Source: a phage. Taken from it: a stretch of 64,000 nt of DNA. The stretch lies in sequence record PZ495249.1; one strand, written 5' to 3'. A model generated the notes under the pieces. That model saw nothing but the letters and a program-made list of their open reading frames with translations, had not been told where the DNA came from and ran no database searches. Shown here piece after piece: positions 25,245 through 34,372 of the stretch (position 1 is its first letter; each line of letters starts with the position of its first letter). A program made the position numbers and the translations under genes.

Positions 25245-26942
25245 CTATTTCACCTCAATCAGATGATTCATAACCTCTTTATCCAGACGCGCACGAATAT
25301 CGTTGAAATCTTCATCTCGACCGTTCACCTGCGGAATCAGCACATCTCCGTTACGGAAGATTGGCTGCAACAGGTTATCTTCATCGTTGATCTCGTTGAA
25401 GGAGATGTTGTCAACCTGACGGATAACACCATCGTCACCACGAACAACTTTGATGAAGCCTTTCGCAGAGCGTTTACCTGGATCAGTTTTCGGCTCTTTG
25501 CTCACCATGATTTCGTAATCGTCAATGAAGCAACCAGTAGCTTTCACAGCAATACCGAAGGTATCACGAGTGTTGAACTGGTAGGTGAAGCTACCAACAC
25601 CGAATACGATGTTTGAGGAAGCAAAACCGTTACGTTTCAGACGAGACAGAATTTCAATCTCACGCTGAACAGTGATTGAATCACCGTAAATCATGCCGAT
25701 ATGAGTATCCAGCACTTTGTAACCTTTGTTGTTCACTTCACCACCGAAGATTTCCCACAGGATCTGGATAGAACCTACCGCCTCATGGCGTGGAATCTCA
25801 CGGTCTTCGTCGATCAGCCAGTAAATATTCTCTTCTTTCAGGAACGCAACTTCTGTCAGGATATGACGAGAAGTGTTAATGAAGTGTTCACGATTCTCGA
25901 ACTCTTCAATATGATAACCAGCAACAACATGTACCGGATTACCTGAGTCAGGGCGAATAACCAGGCGACCATCACGAGCCATAATCTCTTCTTTCAGTTC
26001 GCTCAGGATGCGAGTCAGTACAGTCCAGTAATCGTAGGAGTCAGCAACGTAAGAGCAGAAACCTTTAGGAACCACTTTGGTAATAAAGTGCAGCAGGAAT
26101 TCTTTCTCTGCAAGATAACGGAGGCCATCAACATCACCTGCGAGGTGAGGGAAATGCTCTTCGAGATCTTTTACGATACGACTGATGTTTGTAGTTGCCA
26201 CAGAGTGCTCAGACGCAGGGATACTACCAGCAACGAAATCATCTTCATCAATACCGTAGTATTCGTAAACCGCGTCGATTGCCAGAATGTTATCTGTACC
26301 AGTGAACGCTGCCAGGTGAGCGATACCGCTCTTATAGCCGTCTTCAATACAAGATAAACCGCGCAAACTGAAATCGTGACACTGGAAATTAACGTGATCC
26401 ACATTGTCACAAGTTGCCAGTGCATATGACATTGCCACACGCTTGTACTGGAACGCAGCAGTTGCGTTGGTGATCGCTTTCCAGCTTTCGGTTGACATTA
26501 CGGTTTCAACGTAGTTAGTCACCCAGAAGAATTTCTCAATCGTATTGTGAATGGTATAAACCGGAACACCAATCGGAGACAGAATACCTTCTGGCAGAGC
26601 ACGAATTTCCAGAGGCAGGTAGCCTAAATCGTGCAGTTCACCCCAACATTCAGCGCTTGGCGCAGATTCACCGAGTGATTTTTTAGCCATGCGATCAAAA
26701 CGCTTAACGGCTGCTTCTCGCTTCATCTTGAAGAATTTCTTCCACATGCCTACCATTGAGTCCATCACCATACGGCGGAAGCCGATGACGATAACACCGC
26801 GAGCATTTTTATCTGCGTAATGCGCAAAGTTCTTGTCATTACGTGGAGTCAGGTTAGAGAAGATCAGTTTAGTGTTTGGATTGTACATTGGCTTGTGACC
26901 AGGTTTGTACCAATCGGCAGCAGACGGTGCATAAATTTCCAT
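25245..26942 (-). CDS. nicotinamide phosphoribosyltransferase family protein (NAMPT/NadV-like; candidate Namat of an NAD+ reconstitution pathway), 565 aa
   Basis: Length and motifs typical of NAMPT-family enzymes (GSIPASEHS, IRPDSGNP, GMIYGDSI, FGVGSFTYQ); adjacent to a PRPP-synthetase-like gene. Confidence 0.7.
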   Translation of the reverse strand: MEIYAPSAADWYKPGHKPMYNPNTKLIFSNLTPRNDKNFAHYADKNARGVIVIGFRRMVMDSMVGMWKKFFKMKREAAVKRFDRMAKKSLGESAPSAECWGELHDLGYLPLEIRALPEGILSPIGVPVYTIHNTIEKFFWVTNYVETVMSTESWKAITNATAAFQYKRVAMSYALATCDNVDHVNFQCHDFSLRGLSCIEDGYKSGIAHLAAFTGTDNILAIDAVYEYYGIDEDDFVAGSIPASEHSVATTNISRIVKDLEEHFPHLAGDVDGLRYLAEKEFLLHFITKVVPKGFCSYVADSYDYWTVLTRILSELKEEIMARDGRLVIRPDSGNPVHVVAGYHIEEFENREHFINTSRHILTEVAFLKEENIYWLIDEDREIPRHEAVGSIQILWEIFGGEVNNKGYKVLDTHIGMIYGDSITVQREIEILSRLKRNGFASSNIVFGVGSFTYQFNTRDTFGIAVKATGCFIDDYEIMVSKEPKTDPGKRSAKGFIKVVRGDDGVIRQVDNISFNEINDEDNLLQPIFRNGDVLIPQVNGRDEDFNDIRARLDKEVMNHLIEVK

Positions 26943-27011
26943 TTGTTTCTCCTTTCTCTTGTTTGTTTCGATGAGGAGAAGATTAAGTTATCCTCTCCAC
27001 AAAGTCAACAC

Positions 27012-27911
27012 TTATTTGTAATTTTTACGAAGATTGCCGTTCAGAATGAAATTCTGGAGCGCTTGTTGGTTTAACACCAGTTTACCTGTCTCGTCAACAT
27101 TATTCTCCCACACATTGAAAGAATGGATGCAATCAAAGTGCTCATTTAGTTCTTTCATACCCTTAGAGAAGATACCGTGGGTAACGAACAGTTCAATCTT
27201 ACCAGCGTTACGTTCACGCAATACTTTGGCAAGCTCAATGAAAGTACGACCACCATCGCAGATATCATCCACGATCATCAAATTCTTACCGCAGAAGTCC
27301 TCGACGTTGATGTTGGTCTTGACAATATCTCCGGTCTTCGTATCACGGATTTTCTCTGCACAGTGTACAATGAGTTGCATTGGTTTAGCCAGTTTGAAGA
27401 TTTTCTTCAAGGCTCCACCGTCTGGACTAACCAGATCAAACTCTTCCATACGGAGTTTCCAGTTAATCGCGAACATTGCAATCTCTTCTTGTGGGATAAC
27501 AAACAAGTTATGGATTACAGCCGGAGTTACATCACTGTGCGGATCAGCAACAGTCACACGGTCAAAGTTAAGGTTGTTAAGTGCTTCTGCAAACGCACCG
27601 ATACCATTGGCTTCACCTGGTTCACACACTCGGTCTTGTCGAGCATATGGCACATAGAGCATAACAAGCTCTGTTGTGTGAGGGATGAATTTAAGAATGT
27701 TATCAATTGCATTCTTAGTCATCAGCAACACCATGAAGTCATTACCTGATCTTACTTCGTGATGGATAATCACACGAGAACCTGGTTCAGTTAATGCAAT
27801 CATCGTGTCTGCATCAACACGTACATGTTCTTCTCCGCCAGAGAAGGTGAATGTTTTGATTGGTACAGGATAAACTTCACTGTTGTGTGGGTGCATGATA
27901 TCAATCTTCAT
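27012..27911 (-). CDS. ribose-phosphate pyrophosphokinase family protein (Prs-like; candidate Adps), about 300 aa
   Basis: PRPP-binding-loop-like LMIVDDICDGGRTF; start placed at MKIDIM because the longer track ORF overlaps the upstream gene. Confidence 0.65.
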   Translation of the reverse strand: MKIDIMHPHNSEVYPVPIKTFTFSGGEEHVRVDADTMIALTEPGSRVIIHHEVRSGNDFMVLLMTKNAIDNILKFIPHTTELVMLYVPYARQDRVCEPGEANGIGAFAEALNNLNFDRVTVADPHSDVTPAVIHNLFVIPQEEIAMFAINWKLRMEEFDLVSPDGGALKKIFKLAKPMQLIVHCAEKIRDTKTGDIVKTNINVEDFCGKNLMIVDDICDGGRTFIELAKVLRERNAGKIELFVTHGIFSKGMKELNEHFDCIHSFNVWENNVDETGKLVLNQQALQNFILNGNLRKNYK

Positions 27912-28113
27912 TGTCTTCCTCCTCTTCTTCAATTTCTTCAATTTCACTTAAACGATCAAGAATTGTCTGAGCCTGGTCCCAGAGAGCATCATAGGCTCTA
28001 CGCTCACGAGGAGATAGCTGTGAAGGTCTGAAATCATCTTGGTACATCTTATCAATAATATCTTGCATATCGTTCGATGTATTCTCGAACATACAATAAC
28101 TCATGTTTGACAT
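27901..28113 (-). CDS. small acidic protein, 70 aa
   Basis: ORF upstream of the Prs-like gene; C-terminal EIEEIEEEEEDNED. Confidence 0.35.
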   Translation of the reverse strand: MSNMSYCMFENTSNDMQDIIDKMYQDDFRPSQLSPRERRAYDALWDQAQTILDRLSEIEEIEEEEEDNED

Positions 28114-28129
28114 ATCTTTCTCCTTGGTT

Positions 28130-28380
28130 AGTTGATGGACAGGAGTATAGATATGTAAGATCAGTAAGTCAACTACTTTCTTAGTATGAATTAATTAAGG
28201 AATAGATTGACTCAGGTATGTTAGATCTGATACATTGACAGACATGAAAGATATCTATACAGACAACTCTACTGTCTAAGAGATCTAAGTGAAACAGAAT
28301 GAGAGAATCTCCCCTCGCTTCGCTCGGCAAACTTCGTGTTTAGGGTAGCATGTTTCAAAACAAAAGTCAATACCTCAAAG
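28130..28380. promoter_or_regulatory. divergent control region between minus-strand and plus-strand gene blocks
   Basis: About 250-bp AT-rich ORF-free spacer with several TTGAC(A/T) hexamers (e.g. TTGACTCAGG, TTGACAGACATG) and TATA-like boxes on both strands. Confidence 0.35.
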
Positions 28381-28387
28381 GAGAAAA

Positions 28388-28528
28388 ATGAAAATTAATT
28401 TAGAACAAGTAAAAGACCTCACACCTAAGTATAAGAGAGGCGGTGCATCACGCCGTAGAACGCTGCGTGAGGGCATTGACAAGCCACGGTTAGTGGTTTA
28501 TCATCCAGAGAAAGAAAACGGCTCATAA
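28388..28528 (+). CDS. small basic ORF, 46 aa, first gene of the plus-strand block
   Basis: SD CAAAGGAGAAAA-ATG; MKINLEQVKDLTPKYKRGGASRRRTLREG... Confidence 0.3.
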   Translation: MKINLEQVKDLTPKYKRGGASRRRTLREGIDKPRLVVYHPEKENGS

Positions 28529-28546
28529 CGCGATACAGGAGGTCTG

Positions 28547-28849
28547 ATGGACTTTACGCACACAACTTTGATGGGAGAGCTTCACGGATTCTACAATGGT
28601 GAAGTTTTCTGTGCTGCTTACCACGACGATGATATGTCAGTGGAATGGGAGCAACTTGAATTTATCTCGGAGAAAGCCAGTGTGATGGTTGACTTCGACC
28701 ACATCGAGTGGTACATTGGCAACTCTGTTAAGGTGGTAGGTTTGGATCGTAACCAGATCATTGATCTTGATTGCAAATTAATCAACTTCCAATTTGGGAA
28801 TAAGATTCCCTTGGAGCGACAATTACAACTCGTTTGTGAGGAGGAGTGA
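28547..28849 (+). CDS. hypothetical early protein, 100 aa
   Basis: ORF with SD (ACAGGAGG); acidic. Confidence 0.4.
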   Translation: MDFTHTTLMGELHGFYNGEVFCAAYHDDDMSVEWEQLEFISEKASVMVDFDHIEWYIGNSVKVVGLDRNQIIDLDCKLINFQFGNKIPLERQLQLVCEEE

Positions 28850-29073
28850 TGAGTAAATATCAAAAAGGTATCTGGTATCCTTGGGGAGAAAGCGGGGATA
28901 AGCGTAATGGTTTCCCGCCTGTCCCGCTTGGTACAAAAGTAACTGTTCGTCATCGTGACGGTGACGTGATTCCTGATCAGTTTGTAGGGTATGGTGCTGC
29001 CGAAACATGGGTAGTAATCAATGACCGTTACTGGGACGGTGATATCATGGCTTTTATGGTTGAGGAGGAATGA
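28846..29073 (+). CDS. hypothetical early protein, 75 aa
   Basis: ATGA start/stop overlap with the upstream gene. Confidence 0.4.
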   Translation: MMSKYQKGIWYPWGESGDKRNGFPPVPLGTKVTVRHRDGDVIPDQFVGYGAAETWVVINDRYWDGDIMAFMVEEE

Positions 29074-29285
29074 TGGAGACTATCTACCGTGTAACCCTGG
29101 GTGGTATTCATGATGTTAAATCGACGTACAACTACGCAGAGGCGAAGGAACACTTCCTTATGTGGGTTCAAGAGGAGATTATGGATGAAAAGGTGGCTTA
29201 TAAAAGTGTGACGCTAACTGCCGATCATGAGCCAATCCTGGAGTATATTCGTCAACCCTACCCAGAGGAGTTTGACAATGAGTAA
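29070..29285 (+). CDS. hypothetical early protein, 71 aa
   Basis: ATGA overlap with the upstream gene. Confidence 0.4.
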   Translation: MMETIYRVTLGGIHDVKSTYNYAEAKEHFLMWVQEEIMDEKVAYKSVTLTADHEPILEYIRQPYPEEFDNE

Positions 29286-29517
29286 ACATCCGATCACAGG
29301 TGTTACCTACTCTTGCGTTGGTAAGGGTGGACTGTATTCAGTGCTAAGTTTCCCTACCCCTGCTGGTGTATCGAAGGTATTTGATCCTATTGTGATCTAC
29401 GAAGACCTTCGTACTGGTGCGCAATATTGGCGTTTTCAGGGCGATTTCTTAGATCGTATGGAGGTGGTGAGTGGCGAAAACACCGAAGAAGCAATCCGCT
29501 CGAAAACCCGCTACTAA
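29278..29517 (+). CDS. hypothetical early protein, 79 aa
   Basis: ATG at 29278 overlapping the upstream stop (ATGAGTAA). Confidence 0.35.
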   Translation: MSKHPITGVTYSCVGKGGLYSVLSFPTPAGVSKVFDPIVIYEDLRTGAQYWRFQGDFLDRMEVVSGENTEEAIRSKTRY

Positions 29518-29809
29518 GCGTACAACGCCAGCTAAATCGCAAACTGCACCGAAACCTAAGTTTGACACGGAGGCATTTGTCTTTGACACACCGATTGAGA
29601 AGATTGAAGAGGCGCTCCAACGCCTTGAAGAGCAGGAGGCAGATCCTATGGCTGAACCTCTCACGCAGGATCAACTCTACTGGTGGGGATGGTGGACATT
29701 GCACATGCCTGATGCAAAAAGACGTGGCATGACTACGGTTCCGATTTGTGCGAAAGAGTCTGCGGTGTTGGGGCTTTACGAGAAACCGAAAGGGAGGAAG
29801 AAGAAATGA
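29471..29809 (+). CDS. basic protein, 112 aa, Lys/Pro/Thr-rich N-terminus
   Basis: GTG start preceded by GGAGGTGG; N-terminus AKTPKKQSARKPATKRTTPAKSQTAPKPK; overlaps the previous ORF in another frame. Confidence 0.35.
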   Translation: MAKTPKKQSARKPATKRTTPAKSQTAPKPKFDTEAFVFDTPIEKIEEALQRLEEQEADPMAEPLTQDQLYWWGWWTLHMPDAKRRGMTTVPICAKESAVLGLYEKPKGRKKK

Positions 29810-29961
29810 AACTACGTATCACTGATATCCGAGCGTTTGACAACTATCACATAGCCTTGTCAATTCTTGGCGCACATAATGTAGGTGATGTGTTGGAGTA
29901 TAACGAACATATGCCTATCTTCGATATCTTGATCGAAAAAGGTTGGGTGCAAAAGGTATGA
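29806..29961 (+). CDS. hypothetical protein, 51 aa
   Basis: SD GGGAGGAAGAAGAA-ATG. Confidence 0.35.
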   Translation: MKLRITDIRAFDNYHIALSILGAHNVGDVLEYNEHMPIFDILIEKGWVQKV

Positions 29962-30302
29962 GAATCTGGCTTGATGATTTACGTGATCCAAGAGATTACG
30001 GATACCCTGATGCCATCTGGGTTAAAAACTCCATTGATTTCAAGCTGCAACTTATTGATTGTCTGCTTATGGAAGATGATGGTGATAGCCTGGTAGCGAT
30101 CCACTTTGACAACGATATTGGAGAAAAGACCGAAGGTTATCACCTCTTCTTAAAAGTGGAGGAGATCATTCATGCTGGAAAATTCAAGGGCTTGAAAGAA
30201 ATCTTTGTCCATACGTCGAATTCAGGGGCGGCTCAGAAATTTATGCTTGCAAAAGACGGGTTAGCTCGTTATGATGTGAACATAATTCGTAAATACTATT
30301 GA
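29958..30302 (+). CDS. hypothetical protein, 114 aa
   Basis: ATG overlapping the upstream stop (ATGA). Confidence 0.4.
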   Translation: MRIWLDDLRDPRDYGYPDAIWVKNSIDFKLQLIDCLLMEDDGDSLVAIHFDNDIGEKTEGYHLFLKVEEIIHAGKFKGLKEIFVHTSNSGAAQKFMLAKDGLARYDVNIIRKYY

Positions 30303-30313
30303 GGAGAGATAAC

Positions 30314-30481
30314 ATGTGGAGCACACCATCAAGAGGCCAACTGCCTAACCAAAACGAAGTTGTTGTGGCTGTCAGTCCAGAGGGTAAGGAATTGGAGATG
30401 TACCGAATTGGCAATCTGTGGTTCCCTGTCGGTGACACATGTTATGTCTACTGGACACCTGTAATGTGGAGGAATAAGTAA
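30314..30481 (+). CDS. hypothetical protein, 55 aa
   Basis: SD GAGGAGAGATAAC-ATG. Confidence 0.35.
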   Translation: MWSTPSRGQLPNQNEVVVAVSPEGKELEMYRIGNLWFPVGDTCYVYWTPVMWRNK

Positions 30482-31044
30482 TGTTTGTGACGAGTGATCG
30501 CCACTTCTGGCATGATAAAGTGCTGGATTTTCAGGCGCATACCCGCCCATTCTCTGATTTAGAAGAGATGCATGAGGCATATATTAAAGAGTGGAACGCC
30601 TGTGCAACCAAACCTGGGGTGAAAATGTTCCACTTGGGAGATTTCAGTTTTGGTCTTCAAGACCAGACAGAAGAAATCTGCAAGCGTTTGCAGGGTGATA
30701 TCACCTTCATCGTTGGCAACCATGACCGCAGCTATACCCGTTCCGTAATGGAAAAGTATGGGCGTGTCGTCTGGTATGATGAAGTGAAATATCAGAAACA
30801 CTTCTTTGTATTGAGCCACTACCCTATGCTCACCTGGAACAAATCCCACAAGGGGAGTATCATGTTACATGGTCACGAGCATGGCAACTTGGTGCATCTC
30901 GAAGAGGAGCGTGGTAAAACTATGGATGTGGGCGTAGACGTTCACGGTCGCTTCTTACATTTCGATGAAATCATTGAGATTATGAAAGACCGTCCTATGC
31001 GCATGGATCATCGTAAATTTAGAGGGGAGGATATTATCCGATGA
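30481..31044 (+). CDS. calcineurin-like metallophosphoesterase, 187 aa
   Basis: Motifs SDRHFWH, GDFSFG, GNHD, HGHEHG. Confidence 0.55.
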   Translation: MFVTSDRHFWHDKVLDFQAHTRPFSDLEEMHEAYIKEWNACATKPGVKMFHLGDFSFGLQDQTEEICKRLQGDITFIVGNHDRSYTRSVMEKYGRVVWYDEVKYQKHFFVLSHYPMLTWNKSHKGSIMLHGHEHGNLVHLEEERGKTMDVGVDVHGRFLHFDEIIEIMKDRPMRMDHRKFRGEDIIR

Positions 31045-31199
31045 GTACAATTTATATACTGTTTGCTCTGTTCACCTACGGTGAGAGTAACAGTTCTTTT
31101 GATAAGGAATTCAACTCACAAGGTGCTTGTATCATGGCTATGAATGAAGGTGTCAGTAAGCGGATATTTACCCGCGCAATGTGCGTACCGAAGGGCTGA
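31041..31199 (+). CDS. small hydrophobic ORF, 52 aa
   Basis: SD GGGGAGGATATTATCCG-ATG; N-terminus MSTIYILFALFTYG. Confidence 0.3.
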   Translation: MSTIYILFALFTYGESNSSFDKEFNSQGACIMAMNEGVSKRIFTRAMCVPKG

Positions 31200-31201
31200 T
31201 T

Positions 31202-31444
31202 ATGCGTATACCTGATGATTTTTATACCCACGAAGATACGTGGAGAAAGGCTCTTGAGCGTCTGATCGAACTGGAGCCAGTAACGGGTGAACCTGATGAA
31301 GATAACAGAGGGTTCTGGCAACATGAATTGAATGCGTTCAACCGCGCCTATGCAGAACTTCATGAAGGTTGTCCTCATGATGGCGCTACCTACTATGATA
31401 TGAGTGGGCGTGAACGCTGCGGAATGTGTGGAGGTGACATGTGA
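31202..31444 (+). CDS. hypothetical protein, 80 aa, Cys-containing
   Basis: ATG near the upstream stop; C-terminal RCGMCGGDM. Confidence 0.4.
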   Translation: MRIPDDFYTHEDTWRKALERLIELEPVTGEPDEDNRGFWQHELNAFNRAYAELHEGCPHDGATYYDMSGRERCGMCGGDM

Positions 31445-31632
31445 GTACACTGAAACGTGGAGACACTGTTATGTTGAAATTCCCATTAGGTGGTACTTGG
31501 AGAAAACTTCTTCTGGTAGAACAAACACCGTACTTGGATAATAAAGTCGATGTAATCTACTTTGATACGCAAGAACGTATTTGTCGTGATCGCCTCCACA
31601 TTGATCTTGTAGAGAAAGTAGGAGAAGATTAA
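31441..31632 (+). CDS. hypothetical protein, 63 aa
   Basis: ATGA overlap with the upstream gene. Confidence 0.4.
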   Translation: MSTLKRGDTVMLKFPLGGTWRKLLLVEQTPYLDNKVDVIYFDTQERICRDRLHIDLVEKVGED

Positions 31633-31817
31633 TGAAAAGTTTTGTAGTTCCTTGGTTAGATTGTCCTTGCACATCTCATAATATTGAGGTAAGCTCGGAG
31701 AAAGGTGATGAACTCTATCTTTACTTTGGCGATGAAGTGAAGTGTCTCGATTGTGGTCGAGAGGGTGTCATTGAAACAGATGATTGCTGCGCATACGCAG
31801 TGTGGGAGGATGATTGA
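31632..31817 (+). CDS. zinc-ribbon protein, 61 aa
   Basis: CPC...C and CLDCG...CC cysteine pairs. Confidence 0.4.
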   Translation: MKSFVVPWLDCPCTSHNIEVSSEKGDELYLYFGDEVKCLDCGREGVIETDDCCAYAVWEDD

Positions 31818-31993
31818 TGGCTGATTTCAGCTCGACAAAACGGAATGCTTCTCTTGAGGATTGGGGAGAAGCTCTTGAGTGTATGGTTGAACTTAACGGT
31901 AAATCGTTCGACATTACAGAAATGGAGATCGAGGCAGCTTATGAAGCATATAAGCGTGTAGACGATTTCTATTATGAAGAATGGGAGGACTGA
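31817..31993 (+). CDS. hypothetical acidic protein, 58 aa
   Basis: SD GGAGGATGATTG-ATG; below the supplied track cutoff. Confidence 0.35.
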   Translation: MADFSSTKRNASLEDWGEALECMVELNGKSFDITEMEIEAAYEAYKRVDDFYYEEWED

Positions 31994-32217
31994 TGAGTAC
32001 AGCGATTTATGTGAAAGGTAACGATTTAAATCAAGAAATGCTATTCTCTTTCGGAGATGGTACAGACATTGATGTAATCTACGACGATGTGGTAGCGGGG
32101 CTGTTAAATCAAGGCTTCATCACTGTTACAGACTTCATGGTAACTTCTTCTGAGTATCTCGATGTAGATCTATTAGAGATGATGGAAGCTGTGCAGAAAG
32201 AAGTGTACAACTGGTAA
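31993..32217 (+). CDS. hypothetical protein, 74 aa
   Basis: ATG overlapping the upstream stop (TGATG). Confidence 0.4.
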   Translation: MSTAIYVKGNDLNQEMLFSFGDGTDIDVIYDDVVAGLLNQGFITVTDFMVTSSEYLDVDLLEMMEAVQKEVYNW

Positions 32218-32226
32218 GGAGAAAGA

Positions 32227-33345
32227 ATGCAGCAAACAAATCCTACCCTATACGGGAAAGACTCGAAAGGTAATATCAAAGAGTGGTCTGTTTACACTGA
32301 CGGCGCAACTGTGACGGTAGCTCACGGTCGTCTTGGTGGTAAGATCACCACTAAGTCCTATGAAGCGGAAGCTAAGAACGTTGGACGTTCCAATGAAACA
32401 ACTCCGGCTGAACAAGCCGAATCAGAAGCCTTAGCCAAATGGACTAAGCAACTCAAACGTGGGTACTACCACACCATTGAAGAAGCGAAAGAGCATGAAC
32501 CTTTCACGCCCATGAAATGCCAGGACTATAAAGACTTCTCACACAAAGTGAAGTTCCCTGGTTATGCACAATACAAGTTGAATGGCTTACGCTCCATGAT
32601 CAACGATGATGGTGAATGCCTGTCCAAAGCTGGTGAAGTTTATAAGCTCCCTAACCACTGGTCGCCTATCCCTCAGTTTATTCAAGAAGATTTCGGATAT
32701 CCGTTAGATGGTGAAGTGTTTGCTGGTCTTGGTGTTATGAGCCTACAGGTCATCAATGGTGCATGGAAGAAGTACAAACCAGGTATCACTGAGCAATTAA
32801 GTTACTACGTCTACGACATTCCAGTGCCAGATTTGCCTTTCAAGAAACGTGTTGAATTCCTGAAAGACTTGGCAGAGATGATTGTGGATGCTGGTCTGGA
32901 AAACCTGATCCATGTTGTCCATTCCGAATACATCGAAAACCAAGAGCAGTTAGACGCTTTCTATGAGAAAGCCCTGGCAGATGAGGCCGAAGGTATTGTA
33001 TGGCGTAACGAAGACGGTACTTATGAGTTTGGTAAACGTTCCTATGATGTGATCAAACGTAAACCTCGTGCAACTATGGAAGTCAAGGTAACAGGTATGG
33101 TTATTGATAAAAATGGTGATGGGGTATTGACAGGGATTACAAAAGATGGTAAGATTGTCGAATTCCTGATGAGGAAAGATTCACATCCTACCATCAACTA
33201 CCGCAAAGCAGAAAACGCCGTCAAACTTATCGATCACTTTGTTGAAATTGAATACGAAGAGTTATCTGACGCTGGCGTACCTACAAAACCAGTTGGCATT
33301 CGTCTGAGACAAATGATCGAAGGTACATGGGAACCTGCCGAATAA
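32227..33345 (+). CDS. ATP-dependent DNA ligase, 372 aa
   Basis: Nucleotidyltransferase motifs: I KLNGLR (Asn in place of the usual Asp), III LDGEVF, IV EGIVWR, V DVIKRK. Confidence 0.6.
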   Translation: MQQTNPTLYGKDSKGNIKEWSVYTDGATVTVAHGRLGGKITTKSYEAEAKNVGRSNETTPAEQAESEALAKWTKQLKRGYYHTIEEAKEHEPFTPMKCQDYKDFSHKVKFPGYAQYKLNGLRSMINDDGECLSKAGEVYKLPNHWSPIPQFIQEDFGYPLDGEVFAGLGVMSLQVINGAWKKYKPGITEQLSYYVYDIPVPDLPFKKRVEFLKDLAEMIVDAGLENLIHVVHSEYIENQEQLDAFYEKALADEAEGIVWRNEDGTYEFGKRSYDVIKRKPRATMEVKVTGMVIDKNGDGVLTGITKDGKIVEFLMRKDSHPTINYRKAENAVKLIDHFVEIEYEELSDAGVPTKPVGIRLRQMIEGTWEPAE

Positions 33346-33354
33346 GGAGAAAAC

Positions 33355-33537
33355 ATGTTTTACGCAATTTTATTTGTGTTGTTCCTGATTGTGTGCGCAA
33401 TCTTCATTCTCGCTGAAAGCGAGAATAGAAGCCTCGTTACCGCAGTGGCACGAATCCTCGACTCCCTGTTTGCAGGGATCGGCGCGGCTGTCAGCACTTG
33501 GGCGCTGGCACAATACTTAACCAGTTTATTCAACTAA
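33355..33537 (+). CDS. small membrane protein, 60 aa
   Basis: Two hydrophobic helices (FYAILFVLFLIVCAIFILA; GIGAAVSTWALAQYL). Confidence 0.4.
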   Translation: MFYAILFVLFLIVCAIFILAESENRSLVTAVARILDSLFAGIGAAVSTWALAQYLTSLFN

Positions 33538-33546
33538 GGAGAAAAA

Positions 33547-34275
33547 ATGATCGAAGGATTTTTCAAGGACATTAAAGTAGACAAGCAGTTTTTCATCGAC
33601 GCAGCAAAGCATATCGTTGAGTGGAATGCGAAAGCTCGTGGTGGAGAAACTCCAGAGTTTACCCAAGAGATGTTCATTTCTCAGATCGGATTTGTCCGTG
33701 AAGAACTGAAAGAGTTCCAAGATGCAGCACAACTTAACGATCATGTCGAAATGCTTGACGCAGCGGCTGATGTGTTTGTTGTGGCATCCTATCTGGCATT
33801 TATGTTCTGGGGAGAAGAGCGAGTTAATCTCATGCTGTCTCAGAATGTAGGCGATGTTTTCCCGTCAAACATCTATGATGAGTTCAATCAGATCGATGCA
33901 ACGTTCACTGAGGCTGCTCAGATGGCTATCATGACTCTCGGTATTACCCGTATGGCTCGCGACACTCTGGTGAGATCTGTGTATAACGAGAAGAAAGTGG
34001 TGAAAGAAGTGCTGAAAAGCAATGACTCTAAGTATCCAACACGTAGACAAATTCTTGCAGTGTGGGAAACAAAGGACATTGATTTCGCACTGGAGCAAGA
34101 ATGTGCAGCAATTGAAGATCGTAACAAAGACCGTCCAGAAGGTGCATATACCGGAGTTCATGCTGTCTATAATGAAAAGCAGAAGGTGTATGTATTCTTT
34201 GATGACAAAGGTAAAATTATGAAACCTTCCACCTTCGTTAAACCTGATATTGGGGCTATCGTTGGAAAATCCTAA
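33547..34275 (+). CDS. hypothetical protein, 242 aa (possible MazG-like NTP pyrophosphohydrolase)
   Basis: Acidic helical pattern REELKEFQD...EMLDAAAD resembling the MazG E-x2-E...E-x2-D signature; weak. Confidence 0.3.
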   Translation: MIEGFFKDIKVDKQFFIDAAKHIVEWNAKARGGETPEFTQEMFISQIGFVREELKEFQDAAQLNDHVEMLDAAADVFVVASYLAFMFWGEERVNLMLSQNVGDVFPSNIYDEFNQIDATFTEAAQMAIMTLGITRMARDTLVRSVYNEKKVVKEVLKSNDSKYPTRRQILAVWETKDIDFALEQECAAIEDRNKDRPEGAYTGVHAVYNEKQKVYVFFDDKGKIMKPSTFVKPDIGAIVGKS

Positions 34276-34372
34276 TTCATTAGGGCTGGCTTGCCCCAAC
34301 GCTGTGGGCGAGCCTGGAACTCTTGGAGGAAAGGGTGATACTGGGAGGTTGATTTTGACTAAGGAGGAAATC

